Source: Nitrospirales bacterium (GTDB lineage Bacteria > Nitrospirota > Nitrospiria > Nitrospirales > UBA8639). Taken from it: a DNA stretch of 64,000 nt. This document shows positions 50,849 through 61,259 of this stretch, piece by piece. The stretch is from contig OY820905.2 in assembly GCA_963555755.3 (NCBI GenBank), positions 128,001-192,000 of the forward strand. The letters are read 5' to 3'. Below the pieces are notes generated by a model. The model was not told the origin of the DNA, searched no databases, and worked only from the letters and a program-made list of their open reading frames with translations. A program made the position numbers and the translations under genes. Within the stretch, counting starts at the first letter, position 1. Every line of letters begins with the position of its first letter.

Positions 50849-51002
50849 TCGTGAATTCAAGAATATTGAAGGCGGCAAAAAAACCAGGCACGATGTTTAG
50901 AATCACTTGCCTGTCGTTTAAACTTTTCGGGGCGCATGGAGAAAAATAGGGTTAGATGCGAGATTATCTTGTTTGAAGTGGGCAATGTCATCGAGCCCTT
51001 GC

Positions 51003-51773
51003 TCAAATTTCTTGTGCCTGAATGAGAAGTACTGTGGTGTTGTCTTTCCCCCCGAGGCGGTTGGCTTCGTCAATGAGCGATTGGCATTTTTCTTGGCCCG
51101 TTTGGGCGGGGCTCTTCTGTAAGACCTCGAGAATTTGATCGTCGTTCATCATTTTGTTGAGGCCGTCGCTGGATAGGAGGATTTCATCTGTTGGTTGAAA
51201 TATGTGCTGTGCTATTTCGGGTTCCACTGTTGATTCCACCCCAACCCCTCGGGTGAGCACATGTCCTAATTGATGACTTGACGGCGTCGATCTTGGGAGC
51301 AAACCCACCTGGATGCGTTCTTCGAGTAACGTGTGATCTCTGGTCAACGCGGTAATTTTTTTATCGCGGATGAGATAGGCGCGGCTATCGCCTACGTGGG
51401 CGATGAACGCGCTTTCGTCGTTGGTGTTGGGCATGAAAACCAACACGACCGTTGTGCCCATACCCTTTAATGCTGGCTCAGCTTTGGCGCGTTTGCGGAG
51501 CGTGGCATGGGCATGGACCACGGCGGATTGTATTATGGCCGTGCAATCCACTGCTTCGCTTTGGTCTATAGAGGGGACATGCTCTGCAATGTATTGGTGA
51601 ATGGTTTCGACGGCGAGTTGGCTGGCGACGTCGCCGCCGGCGTGACCGCCCATGCCATCGGCTACGATCCAGAGGCCGATTTCATCATCGATGCGCAACG
51701 TGTCTTGATTAGTTTGGCGGATCCGGCCAATGTCTGTGAGGCCGAAGCCCTTCCACTGTCTTGTTATCGCCAT
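51003..51773 (-). CDS. PP2C-type Ser/Thr phosphatase
   Basis: R..NQD, VADGMGGH, MGTT, HVGDSR, SDGL, GG.DN. Confidence 0.93.
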   Translation of the reverse strand: MAITRQWKGFGLTDIGRIRQTNQDTLRIDDEIGLWIVADGMGGHAGGDVASQLAVETIHQYIAEHVPSIDQSEAVDCTAIIQSAVVHAHATLRKRAKAEPALKGMGTTVVLVFMPNTNDESAFIAHVGDSRAYLIRDKKITALTRDHTLLEERIQVGLLPRSTPSSHQLGHVLTRGVGVESTVEPEIAQHIFQPTDEILLSSDGLNKMMNDDQILEVLQKSPAQTGQEKCQSLIDEANRLGGKDNTTVLLIQAQEI

Positions 51774-52537
51774 GCTGCCACGCTCACAGGTCCGTATCGT
51801 TGGGAGAACTTGGAATAGATGTGGTCCGCGAGGGGTTCTAAGTTTCGGACATCCGCTTCGTTGTAGTGACACAGTTTCACACCCGCGTCTTCATCACCGG
51901 CTTGCCAGGCATACCAAAGGCGTACGGCGTCCCATCCATCCAAGCCCTGAATGTCTGGTTCACGCGCGAAACCTAACTCACGTTCAATGTGTTTCAAGCC
52001 TCCGCGAAGGCCGAGTCGTCTGGAAGCGAAGCATAAGTCGAAATGGGCATGATTGAGTGTCAGATTTGGATACGTCGTCCGAAGATAAGGCAGGTCAAAG
52101 CCTGTTCCAAAAAATGTGACGAGCAGATCATACTTGGCCAATTCCTTTTCCAATCTTTCCTGTGTTAAGGAATCCCCTTTGACTAAGATCGTGGGCGTTC
52201 CGTTGGCGAATAATCCCACGATGGTAATGTCTCCGTAGTCTGCTGGTTCGCCGGTGGTCTCAATATCGAGAAAGGCCGTCCGGGATCGGAAGGCTTCGAG
52301 GAATCGCCAATGTTCCTTGGATTTAAATCGCCTGGCGAGCGTTCTCCAATTTCCCAGCGCGAATTCCCTGGAGATGTCTTCAACCTCACGGTCATACAAG
52401 ATTTTTCTGGATGGAGAAATTCCAGGAAGGTCGGTGGATTGTAAAAAATGATCCCAATGCGTAATGCCCTGTTCCCAGAGTTGTTTTTCCGTGGTTTCGC
52501 CGATGCCATTGAGGAATATGAAGGAGGATTCGAGCAT
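51764..52537 (-). CDS. YprB-like RNase H-fold exonuclease
   Basis: FLDIETTG, FDLPYL, GGLK.IE..LG, YN..DV. Confidence 0.88.
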   Translation of the reverse strand: MLESSFIFLNGIGETTEKQLWEQGITHWDHFLQSTDLPGISPSRKILYDREVEDISREFALGNWRTLARRFKSKEHWRFLEAFRSRTAFLDIETTGEPADYGDITIVGLFANGTPTILVKGDSLTQERLEKELAKYDLLVTFFGTGFDLPYLRTTYPNLTLNHAHFDLCFASRRLGLRGGLKHIERELGFAREPDIQGLDGWDAVRLWYAWQAGDEDAGVKLCHYNEADVRNLEPLADHIYSKFSQRYGPVSVAAWR

Positions 52538-52660
52538 GAGTGACGTTTGGGAAGTCGTGGTGAATTCTTGATTTGACGTGAGTGAACAAGCTACAGTCAA
52601 ACCATGAATTTATCAAGACAACTGGGGTTTCATTTTCGGAAATGAGGAGCTGTTTGTACC

Positions 52661-53047
52661 ATGGAAGAAGAGAAAAAACGGATTAAAATTTCGATTGGCG
52701 GCATTACGGTTCAAGCGGAGCTCAAGCCAACACGGACGGCGAATGGCATCTACGATGCGCTTCCGGTCGAGGCGGCGGTGAATCAATGGGGGGAAGAGTT
52801 TTACTGCAATATCCCTGGGGTCAAGGATCACCGTGAGACCGCGACCACGAACGTGAAAGTTGGCGATGTGGCGTTTTGGGGACTCGGCAGCATGTTGGCT
52901 GTCTTTTTTGGGCCGACGCCCATGAGCACTGGCCAGGATCCGGTTCCGGCTGATCGCGTGAATGTGATTGGTCGTTTGCTTGATGATCCACAAGTGTTAC
53001 GCCAGGCTGTTGGCGCGACCATGATGAAAGTGGAAAAGGCTTCGTGA
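52661..53047 (+). CDS. Cyclophilin-like fold protein
   Basis: WGEEFY, GDVAFW, FFGPTP. Confidence 0.8.
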   Translation: MEEEKKRIKISIGGITVQAELKPTRTANGIYDALPVEAAVNQWGEEFYCNIPGVKDHRETATTNVKVGDVAFWGLGSMLAVFFGPTPMSTGQDPVPADRVNVIGRLLDDPQVLRQAVGATMMKVEKAS

Positions 53048-53054
53048 GTTCATA

Positions 53055-53336
53055 ATGCGAATGACGAAAGAACGCATACGGCATGTCTCTTCCGCTGTAC
53101 TTGAGCGGCTGAAGAGTCAGCAATTGTTTGATGTGACTGGATCCAAGGAAAAGCTTATTGATGCATTGGAAAAATCCATCACTGATGAGTTGTCGGTTGA
53201 AGATCGGCTGAATGCTGAAGTGCGGAAAATGCTGAAACAATATGACGGGGAATTCGACAGCGGCCGGGCCGATTATCAAAAAATGTTTGTGATGGTGAAA
53301 AGTAAACTCGTGAAAGAGCGGAGCATTGTCCTGTAA
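53055..53336 (+). CDS. DUF507 family protein
   Basis: ED.L...VR..L, DY..MF..VK..L. Confidence 0.8.
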   Translation: MRMTKERIRHVSSAVLERLKSQQLFDVTGSKEKLIDALEKSITDELSVEDRLNAEVRKMLKQYDGEFDSGRADYQKMFVMVKSKLVKERSIVL

Positions 53337-53381
53337 CGGCTGACGGTGTGTTGGTCTCAGTCGTATGGGAGTGGAGGGCAA

Positions 53382-53666
53382 ATGAGTGGTGTTCTGTCTG
53401 ACGAGAAGCAAATGCATCTGTCCCATGTCATTTTGCAGTCTTTGGAGGGAACGACTGAGGGGCGTTTCGTGGGGTCCTCCACGCTCGCACTACGGGAGAT
53501 CAAGCTGGTACTGGCCGAGCATATGGCATTGGAGAAGGATATCGATAGGATTGTTCGTTCTCGGCTTCAGTCGTATTCCCGAAAGATTCCCGAAGGGACT
53601 TCGGAATGGGATGTGATGTATCAAAAGACCTATGAGGAAGAACTCCGAAAACGTCAACTGGGTTGA
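53382..53666 (+). CDS. DUF507-like protein
   Basis: LS.EK..HLSH, IPEG..EWDVMY.K.Y.EE. Confidence 0.78.
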   Translation: MSGVLSDEKQMHLSHVILQSLEGTTEGRFVGSSTLALREIKLVLAEHMALEKDIDRIVRSRLQSYSRKIPEGTSEWDVMYQKTYEEELRKRQLG

Positions 53667-53710
53667 TAGTTTTTTAGAAGGTTTTGGAGTTCACTTTTTT
53701 TTGAATAACT

Positions 53711-53849
53711 CAGGTTCAGGGTTCATAGGTTTTGCGGATCACGGGTTAAGGAAAGAGGAAGATTAAACCGTCTAATGATATTGAAGTGTGGCAAAGGGAT
53801 TATGCAGAACGGAAAGTGGCCAACCCTGAACAGTGAACCCGGCAACCTG
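53711..53849. repeat. GGTTCA/TGAACC periodic imperfect palindrome
   Basis: caggttcagggttca...aaccctgaacagtgaacccggcaacctg. Confidence 0.55.
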
Positions 53850-54719
53850 AGAAGTGACTTCCATTCTTACTGCTGGTTTGTCGGGGCCACCCTGTGTATG
53901 TTGTTGAGTCTGGGTACTTCCTCACTTCTTTTTGCCGCAGATGAAAAGACGACAGGGCGATTGATTGTTGAGGATGTGCTGGCTCGGCCGGGAAAACCAG
54001 CGATGCTCAAGGCTCGGCTCGTCCAGGATGGTCTTCTGGGGGTGACGGGATTGGGTGGGGAAACGATACGGTTTGTGGTGATGGGGCAACATGTTGGAAC
54101 GACGTTAACGGGCGGGGATGGTCGTGCCTTTCTCGAGTACAAAACTCAAATGCGGGGGAACCATCCCATCGTCGGGGAAGTTGAGTCGAGCCCGCGAGTC
54201 AATGCCGTCACCGGTTTTGGGAATTATGCTTCATGGGAGCGGCGCAAACCGATTCTCTTCGTGGATGTCGTGACACTCTTCAAAGCCGGAGATGGAGGTG
54301 CACTCTTGCTTCCTGCTCTACCCATGTTTATCGCCGCGAAGTGGGGTGAGCCTGATGAAGACGCGCCACGAGAGCTCACGAAACTCGGGAAGTTTTATTA
54401 TAACATCGTTTACCTATTGCGTGGCGACAAGGGAAATTTGGAGACCCTTCGTGCTTGGTTGAAAACCTCTGAGTTTCCTCCTGGGATTGCCCGTGTGATT
54501 CAACCCGGGTCAGCCAAATTGCTTGCATTCATTGAACAACTCAAGGAAGGCGGTTGGGACCACATTGAAGCAGGCATTGGCCAGACAAAAGAGTTTGCCG
54601 ATACCCTGGTGAAAAACAGGATCAAGGCCGTGATTTTTCCTGACCCTTCAAAAAAAGAAAAGTTTCCCCGTCGGGCCAAAATTATTTCGACGTGGAAAGA
54701 GGTTCGGAAGCATTTGTAA
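53775..54719 (+). CDS. Exported hypothetical protein (start uncertain)
   Basis: Long ORF; signal-like segment at residues ~35-55. Confidence 0.7.
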   Translation: MILKCGKGIMQNGKWPTLNSEPGNLRSDFHSYCWFVGATLCMLLSLGTSSLLFAADEKTTGRLIVEDVLARPGKPAMLKARLVQDGLLGVTGLGGETIRFVVMGQHVGTTLTGGDGRAFLEYKTQMRGNHPIVGEVESSPRVNAVTGFGNYASWERRKPILFVDVVTLFKAGDGGALLLPALPMFIAAKWGEPDEDAPRELTKLGKFYYNIVYLLRGDKGNLETLRAWLKTSEFPPGIARVIQPGSAKLLAFIEQLKEGGWDHIEAGIGQTKEFADTLVKNRIKAVIFPDPSKKEKFPRRAKIISTWKEVRKHL

Positions 54720-54757
54720 CCCGTAGTAAATCCGTCTAATCTTGGACAGCCTCCTAG
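54720..54757. repeat. Solo end of MITE family C
   Basis: ccgtagtaaatccgtctaatcttggacagcctcctag resembles 2701-2738. Confidence 0.6.
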
Positions 54758-54812
54758 GCCTACTGATTACCCCGGGCCATAATCGGAAACGATTTCGGGT
54801 CAGTCGCTTGCC

Positions 54813-56192
54813 ATGAAAGCTCCAAAATCCAAAACTATTTTCATCTGCCAGGAATGTGGGTTTCAAACACCACGCTGGGCCGGTCGGTGTCCGGATTGTT
54901 CCCAGTGGAATTCGTTGAAGGAAGAGGTGACGAGCGGGAGAAGTTCAACCGGTATTCAAAAGGTCCTTCAAGGGGCTGCTGACAAACCTACGCCCATTAC
55001 CGAAATTGCTATTGATCCCGAGCCTCGACTGTCCACGCAACTAAGGGAATTGGATCGGGTGCTTGGCGGCGGGGTGGTCCCGGGGTCGGTGATCCTGGTC
55101 GGCGGGGATCCAGGCATTGGAAAAACCACCTTACTCTTTCAGATGTTGCAGGGGCTGGGGCAAGGCGGCCAATCGTTGCTGTATGTGTCAGGGGAAGAAT
55201 CGCCTCGGCAACTTAAGATGCGTGGGGACCGGCTGGGGATTTCGAGTTCGTCTCTCTATATTTTGGCGGAAACGTCCCTTGAAACTATTTTGAAAACCAC
55301 GCATGCGATGCAGCCGGCGGCGTTGGTCGTGGATTCCATTCAAACGGTCTATACCGACCAAATCGCGTCGGCGCCCGGAAGCGTGAGCCAGGTGCAGGAA
55401 GTGGCGTGTCAGTTGATGTGGTATGCCAAGCGAAGCTCGGTACCGGTGTTTATCATTGGGCACGTGACGAAGGATGGGATGATTGCCGGGCCGAAACTCT
55501 TGGAACACATTGTGGATACGGTGCTCTACTTTGAAGGCGATAAAGGCCATACCTACCGCATTCTGCGGGCCGTCAAAAATCGATTTGGTCCAACCAATGA
55601 AATTGGCGTATTCGAGATGAAGGACTCCGGGTTGGAAGAAGTGGCCAATCCGTCAGAGTTGTTTCTGGCAGGCCGTCCTGAACAGAGTCCGGGGTCTGTG
55701 GTGGTTTCGACTCTCGAAGGCACCCGGCCCATCCTGGTCGAATTGCAAGCCTTGGTGACGTCTACGGGGTATGCCATGCCCAAGCGCATGGCCAACGGGG
55801 TCGAAGTGAATCGGGTTTCCTTGTTACTGGCGGTGATGGAAAAACGGCTCGGTCTGCATCTGTCCGGGCAGGATGTGTATTTCAATGTCGTGGGCGGCCT
55901 TCGTATTGATGAACCTGCCATCGACTTGGGGATTGTGGCCGCAGTGGTGTCCAGCTTTCGAGATCAGGTGATTGATGCCCATACCTTATTTTTGGGAGAA
56001 GTGGGTCTTGGTGGAGAAATTCGTCCGGTGACTCAAGTAGATATCCGAGCGCGGGAAGCGATGAAATTGGGATTTCAACGATGTGTGTTGCCTGAGGGTA
56101 ATCTCGCGAAATGGGCAGGGGTACCCGGACTGGAAGTCATTGGTGTTCGGGAAATTGGTGATGTGTTGGATCAGGTCATGGCTCGTGCGTAA
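54813..56192 (+). CDS. radA: DNA repair protein RadA/Sms
   Basis: C4 Zn finger, GDPGIGKT, KNRFG. Confidence 0.97.
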   Translation: MKAPKSKTIFICQECGFQTPRWAGRCPDCSQWNSLKEEVTSGRSSTGIQKVLQGAADKPTPITEIAIDPEPRLSTQLRELDRVLGGGVVPGSVILVGGDPGIGKTTLLFQMLQGLGQGGQSLLYVSGEESPRQLKMRGDRLGISSSSLYILAETSLETILKTTHAMQPAALVVDSIQTVYTDQIASAPGSVSQVQEVACQLMWYAKRSSVPVFIIGHVTKDGMIAGPKLLEHIVDTVLYFEGDKGHTYRILRAVKNRFGPTNEIGVFEMKDSGLEEVANPSELFLAGRPEQSPGSVVVSTLEGTRPILVELQALVTSTGYAMPKRMANGVEVNRVSLLLAVMEKRLGLHLSGQDVYFNVVGGLRIDEPAIDLGIVAAVVSSFRDQVIDAHTLFLGEVGLGGEIRPVTQVDIRAREAMKLGFQRCVLPEGNLAKWAGVPGLEVIGVREIGDVLDQVMARA

Positions 56193-56199
56193 CTCTCAA

Positions 56200-57042
56200 A
56201 TGGCCTCGACCGATGATTTGGCCCAACCTGCCTGCCCTCACCGATTTGTCGGCATCGTATGTTGGGGGCTCTTCCTCGTGATGTTGTCTAGCTGTACCAC
56301 TGTTCCGGTCCCTCAAACTTCCCCAGTTTCCTCGGAGACATCTGCAAAGATCATTGAAACATTGCAAGCGCGAGAGGCGAATGTGGTCAGCCTCAAAGGC
56401 CTCTTTGAAGCAGAGCTTGATGGGAAGGGCATGGCTTTTGCGCCCTCTCTTCAGGGCACGATTCTCTACCAACGTCCGGATCAATTTCGTATCAAAGGCT
56501 TTACCCGGTTTGGGGGGTTGGTGTTTGATTTTGTCCTGTCTCATGGTTTGTATGCGCTTCGCGTGAAGAATCAGCCAAGGCCAATTGTTGGCGGAAGTGA
56601 TGATTTTCAGAGGTTGGGAGAATTGCGTCTGCCTGTGCTTTTGAGTTTGCGAGCGATCGAGGTTCTATTAGGAAAATTGCCATTGGTCGCTGAAAATTCT
56701 CTCGCGGTGCAGCAGGGGGATGAGACGTATCAATTTGATATTCCATCCGATTCAAGGACGAATCCGTCAACCCTTTCCCAACGCATTGTGATCGATCAGC
56801 GTTCCTTGCATGTTCGACAATTGGATTATGTGAATTCCGAAGGAGAGTCTGTCGTGTCCATTCGTACATCGGATTTCCGCCTTGTTCGTGATGGATCACA
56901 GGTTGAGTCCGGTACCATTCTGTTGCCATTTGGTGTCCAAGCCGAAGATCATGTGGAAGCCGGAAGTGTGGTGTTGGAATTTATGGAAATCATTGTCAAT
57001 GAACCTCTCGATAAACAGGTGTTTACCCTCGCGGCTTTTTAG
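56200..57042 (+). CDS. Lipoprotein, possibly LolA/LolB-like fold
   Basis: Lipobox LSSC; beta-rich body. Confidence 0.7.
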   Translation: MASTDDLAQPACPHRFVGIVCWGLFLVMLSSCTTVPVPQTSPVSSETSAKIIETLQAREANVVSLKGLFEAELDGKGMAFAPSLQGTILYQRPDQFRIKGFTRFGGLVFDFVLSHGLYALRVKNQPRPIVGGSDDFQRLGELRLPVLLSLRAIEVLLGKLPLVAENSLAVQQGDETYQFDIPSDSRTNPSTLSQRIVIDQRSLHVRQLDYVNSEGESVVSIRTSDFRLVRDGSQVESGTILLPFGVQAEDHVEAGSVVLEFMEIIVNEPLDKQVFTLAAF

Positions 57043-57199
57043 GGCTCGCACAAGAATAACTTCCCCTGTTTGGGCGTCGATCCATCCCGTCTGGCGGCGT
57101 TGCTCGTCCTTTCCCTACCGAGGAGTATGCGCAGTCCTCGCGCCTTGCCAGACAGGTGTTTCAGCACCCAAACAGGGGAGTTTATTCTTGTGCGAACCC
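57042..57199. mobile_element. MITE family A inserted at a stop codon
   Basis: TTA at 57039-57041 and 57200-57202. Confidence 0.85.
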
Positions 57200-57233
57200 T
57201 TAGCCGTGTGCACAATCGGAGAAACGGTTGGAC

Positions 57234-57923
57234 ATGAAAATTCTGGCTGTTGAAACGGCGACACGTTGTCACAGTGTGGCCATTGTTGATGATCATCAGG
57301 TGCTGGCCGAAGAAACGGATCCCGATTGTGCTTCGCATGCGAGTGTCTTGGTTCCCACCATTGATCGTCTTCTGCAATCCCTTGGCCTGGTGGTCAACCA
57401 ACTTGATGGCTTAGCCGTTTCTTTGGGACCGGGATCGTTTACCGGTTTGCGCGTTGGGCTTTCCACAATGATGGGATTTCGTGTTGCCACGCAGCTTCCT
57501 CTAGTGACCGTCCCGACGTTGGAGGGGATGGCGTGGAATATGAGGGGGGAGAATAAACCCGTCTGCCCCATCTTAAAAGCAAGTCGAGGTGATGTGTATT
57601 GGGCCTTATTTCAGTGGAAAGGCGACCAGCTTGAACGCGTGAGCGAGGATCGCCATGGACCATTATTGCAACTTATTGATTCTATTGAAAATGCAACCAT
57701 TCTATTTGGTGAGGGCTGGTTGGCGCACGCTTCTGATTTACATAAATTGCTAGGTGGAAAAGCCATCTCAGGGCCGGATGAGGCCATGCAGCCCTCGGCA
57801 ATTAGTGTGGCATTTTCCAGCTTGTCATCCTTCCGTTCAAGGCAGTATGCTGGGGGGCAACTCTCCCCTCGGTATATTCAACGTGCTGAAGCCGAAGTGC
57901 AATGGGAGGCTAAGGGCCTGTGA
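57234..57923 (+). CDS. tsaB: t6A biosynthesis protein TsaB
   Basis: ILAVETAT, GPGSFTGLRVG, P.Y.R; upstream of rimI. Confidence 0.93.
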   Translation: MKILAVETATRCHSVAIVDDHQVLAEETDPDCASHASVLVPTIDRLLQSLGLVVNQLDGLAVSLGPGSFTGLRVGLSTMMGFRVATQLPLVTVPTLEGMAWNMRGENKPVCPILKASRGDVYWALFQWKGDQLERVSEDRHGPLLQLIDSIENATILFGEGWLAHASDLHKLLGGKAISGPDEAMQPSAISVAFSSLSSFRSRQYAGGQLSPRYIQRAEAEVQWEAKGL

Positions 57924-58093
57924 AAAAATTACTTGGACAACATCGCGCCCAGATTTGGGTCAGATTTGGACGTAACGATTGAGAAAAAACCGAGCCATAG
58001 CATGCCTATGTTGAGGTTTTTTTGATTGAGGCACGTTTAAAGATGGCCCGAAGATGGGATGCGATGTTGTCCAAGTAATTTTTTCACCGGCCC
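57914..58093. mobile_element. MITE family F inserted in the 3' end of tsaB
   Basis: ~33-bp inverted ends; TAA at 57911-57913 and 58094-58096. Confidence 0.85.
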
Positions 58094-58132
58094 TAAAGCC
58101 CGTAAAGCATCTATTTCAAATTCAAACTGATT

Positions 58133-58648
58133 ATGCTCAACATGGATGTGGAACCTTCGTCGAATTTGTGCCTACGTATCAACCCTGTTGAATCCTCTCA
58201 CCTTGATCAAATTGTGGACATTGAGCAGGAGGCATTTTCTGCTCCATGGACTCGCGTGATGTTTGAGGCCGAGTTGGTGGGAAACCCATTTAGCCGGTTG
58301 TATGTGGCGACTCCCATCGATGATCAGGGTCAGCCTGAAGATATTGCTGGGTATCTTTGCTATTGGATCGTGTTTGAAGAATTACGAATACTCAATTTGG
58401 CCGTGTGTCAACCGTGGAGACGTCAGGGGATTGCGCGTCGATTCGTGCAGTTTGCGCTGTATGATGCCAAAACTCAGGGTGTGGAACGGGCATTATTGGA
58501 GGTTCGGGCTTCGAATATCGCCGCTCAATCCTTGTATGACGGCTTCGGATTTCGCGAATATGGGAGTCGAGCTGCCTACTATACCGACCCTGCTGAGGAT
58601 GCTATTCTGATGCGGCTTGATCCCATAGAGTTTGATGACCCATTTTAG
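58133..58648 (+). CDS. rimI: RimI-type N-acetyltransferase
   Basis: F..PW, NLAV...RRQG, LEVRASN..A..LY. Confidence 0.92.
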   Translation: MLNMDVEPSSNLCLRINPVESSHLDQIVDIEQEAFSAPWTRVMFEAELVGNPFSRLYVATPIDDQGQPEDIAGYLCYWIVFEELRILNLAVCQPWRRQGIARRFVQFALYDAKTQGVERALLEVRASNIAAQSLYDGFGFREYGSRAAYYTDPAEDAILMRLDPIEFDDPF

Positions 58649-58804
58649 CAGGATGTTGAAAAAGCATGCCCTGAGTCTTTCCGAAGGGTCCGCTAGCTGG
58701 GTTCCCTGCCTCTGCCGAAACGGCTTCGCGTTTGCGCGCTGTAGCCGCTACAACGCGCAAGCGTGCAGGCAGGTCAGCTTTGACGGGTTTTTTTGCACAT
58801 CCTG
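58649..58804. repeat. D-ended palindrome with a different, composite interior
   Basis: caggatgttgaaaaa / ttttgcacatcctg directly after the rimI TAG. Confidence 0.7.
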
Positions 58805-58862
58805 TTTTGCAAGTGGTATTGGGATATTCGCTATCATAATTTGATGACCGTATTCTAACCCA

Positions 58863-59041
58863 GGACCTGAGGGAAAATAACTTGGACATCTCGTATCCAA
58901 TCTTCGGGCCATCGTTGAACGGGCCTCAATCGAAACACCCTCAACATAGCTGTGCTATGCCTCGGGTCTTTCTCAATCGTTCCGTCCACATCTGCCCCCA
59001 ATCTTGGCGCGATATGGTCCAAGTTATTTTCTCTCAGGTCC
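58863..59041. mobile_element. MITE family F, reverse orientation
   Basis: ggacctgagggaaaataacttgga / tccaagttattttctctcaggtcc; interior homologous to 57914-58093. Confidence 0.8.
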
Positions 59042-59078
59042 TCACGCCCTCAGGTAGGGCACAGAAGGGAGGATTCGT

Positions 59079-59318
59079 ATGATGAGTGACGAACAAATTG
59101 TAGAGCACCTCCGTTCATCGAATGCAGATTATCGAGAGATGGAGGAATCGCATCATCGTCTCGATGCTGAACTGGAAACGTTATTGCAAAACCACACCCT
59201 CACACCTCAAGAAGAGTTACTGAAAAAACAAATTCAAAAAGAGAAACTTGGCAAGAAGGATCGTATGGCGGGAATGATCCGAGAGTACCGGGTGAGTCAA
59301 GGCCAGCCTACGGGTTGA
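59079..59318 (+). CDS. DUF465/YdcH-like small protein
   Basis: H..LD..L, KKQ..KEKL..KD. Confidence 0.8.
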   Translation: MMSDEQIVEHLRSSNADYREMEESHHRLDAELETLLQNHTLTPQEELLKKQIQKEKLGKKDRMAGMIREYRVSQGQPTG

Positions 59319-59379
59319 AGTTTTCCCCGGGTGCTGTAGAAGTCTCGAGTTCGCGTTTTACACAAGGCCAATTTTTTTT

Positions 59380-60159
59380 ATGATATCGATTGCAAATCCT
59401 CTTTCTCGTCATATTGGTAATATCAAGCGCCGGCTGCTGATTATTGGCGCGACGATTTTGGTGGCGTTCGTCATCATGTTCTCTGTGTCATCGGATTTGA
59501 TTGAGTGGTTTAAGCGACCGTTTGCTGATGATTTGATATTTTATGGGCCGGCCGAAGCCCTCTTTGCTTCAATAAAAATCTCCTTCCTCGCGGCGATTGT
59601 AGTCAGCCTGCCGGTCATTCTTCACCAATGTTGGAAGTTTATCCAGCCGGCGCTGTTGCCCGGTGAGCAACGGTGGGGCATTCCGTTGTTTGTATTGGCC
59701 TCCGGGTTTTTTGCTCTCGGTTTGGTTTTTTGCAACTTAGTGATTCTTCCCCTTGTCATAAACTTCTTTGTGTCCTTCGGATTAGAGCGAGAATTAAAGC
59801 CGGAATTAGCGGTGGGGATGTATGTCGATTTCAACGTGAAATTTCTTTTAGCGTTTGGCTTTGCGTTTGAATTGCCGCTGACGTTAACGCTGCTGTCCCG
59901 AGTCGGCTTGGTTACGCCGGAACAACTCATCAAGTTCCGCCGCCATGCTGCGATGATTGCCTTGATTGTCTCCGCCGTCATTACTCCCGATGCGACGCTC
60001 TTTACCATGATGCTGATGGCGGTTCCCCTGATTGTGCTCTATGAAGCGGGAATTTGGGGGGCAAAGTGGTTTGGTCAGCGGAAACCTGCTGTCTCTGATG
60101 AGTCAGAGGACGCTGATAGCGAATCTCTTTCCGAGGATGAAGCCACTCCACCTTCTTAA
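59380..60159 (+). CDS. tatC: Twin-arginine translocase subunit TatC
   Basis: W.F..PAL...E, FELP, ITPD, LYE. Confidence 0.93.
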   Translation: MISIANPLSRHIGNIKRRLLIIGATILVAFVIMFSVSSDLIEWFKRPFADDLIFYGPAEALFASIKISFLAAIVVSLPVILHQCWKFIQPALLPGEQRWGIPLFVLASGFFALGLVFCNLVILPLVINFFVSFGLERELKPELAVGMYVDFNVKFLLAFGFAFELPLTLTLLSRVGLVTPEQLIKFRRHAAMIALIVSAVITPDATLFTMMLMAVPLIVLYEAGIWGAKWFGQRKPAVSDESEDADSESLSEDEATPPS

Positions 60160-60181
60160 GAGTGTGTGACCTTTTCTCAGT

Positions 60182-61258
60182 ATGAGCCGTTATAAAAAAC
60201 AACCCCTTTCCCAAATACAGCTCTTGGGCATTTTTCTTACCCCGGTGATCCTGATCGCCTCGTGGAGTGGCGGGGCTTTGGCTGCATCGGAACGTCATTC
60301 CAATCCGTTTGGGCATGAGGGTGCTTTTGCTCCAAGCATTCAAGCCTTAGCTACGACGAGTGAAGGAACGGTCTATGCGGGATCTTTTGGCTTAGGTGTG
60401 TTTGTAAGCCATGATCATGGTGATACGTGGAAGACCATCAATGTAGGGCTCGGTGATCGATTCATTCTCTCCCTCGCTGTTGATCAAAAAGGGATTGTGT
60501 ATGCCGGAACCGTCCGTGGTGGTATTTTTCGAACCAAGGAAGATGGGATGTCCTGGGAAGCCATTTCTCAAGGCCTCAAGCGAGTGGAAGTCAAATCGCT
60601 TCTGGCTCATTCCCGAGGGATCTATGCAGGCACAGGGCGTGGGGTGTATCAATGGCATGAGCCTGATCAGACCTGGGTGGTGGTGGCCGATGGCTTAGAT
60701 CAAATATTGGTCTCCAGTTTGGTCATGATGGATAATCAGCGTTTGTTCGCGGGGACAGCGGGAAAAGGCGTACTGTGGCTCGACACGACGAAGCCTGGGA
60801 CGGCCACATGGCAACGGGTCAAGAGTCAGTTCGTCGATGCTAAGGAACGCCTCCGGCATAATCACATTCGGATCCTCGCGAAGAATCGAGACAATACATT
60901 ATTCGTGGGGACGCAGGACGGCGGCATTTATCACAGCGTTGATCGTGGAAAATCTTGGCAAGCCTTTGGTCGATCATTGCCCAATGATTCTATTCGAGGA
61001 ATTGTGCCAACGAATGCTGGGGTATTTGTGGCAACCGGACGGGGTATTTATACAACAGCCTTGCCCAAGGCAAAATGGACTTCCGTAAACACCGGTCTCA
61101 CTGAACGCGCGGTTCAGGTCATGGTCGTGACCCCGGAAGGTGATTTCTTTGTTGGGACCAGTGCCGGAGCCTTTCGAAGCCAGGACCGTGGCCAACATTG
61201 GGTGAATGTGAGCGAAGGGTTGGGTACACAGTTTTCCATGCCGCGCCCCTATTTTTAA
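60182..61258 (+). CDS. Exported BNR/Asp-box beta-propeller protein
   Basis: Repeated S.D.G..W.....GL and YAGT.GG units. Confidence 0.85.
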   Translation: MSRYKKQPLSQIQLLGIFLTPVILIASWSGGALAASERHSNPFGHEGAFAPSIQALATTSEGTVYAGSFGLGVFVSHDHGDTWKTINVGLGDRFILSLAVDQKGIVYAGTVRGGIFRTKEDGMSWEAISQGLKRVEVKSLLAHSRGIYAGTGRGVYQWHEPDQTWVVVADGLDQILVSSLVMMDNQRLFAGTAGKGVLWLDTTKPGTATWQRVKSQFVDAKERLRHNHIRILAKNRDNTLFVGTQDGGIYHSVDRGKSWQAFGRSLPNDSIRGIVPTNAGVFVATGRGIYTTALPKAKWTSVNTGLTERAVQVMVVTPEGDFFVGTSAGAFRSQDRGQHWVNVSEGLGTQFSMPRPYF

Positions 61259-61259
61259 T

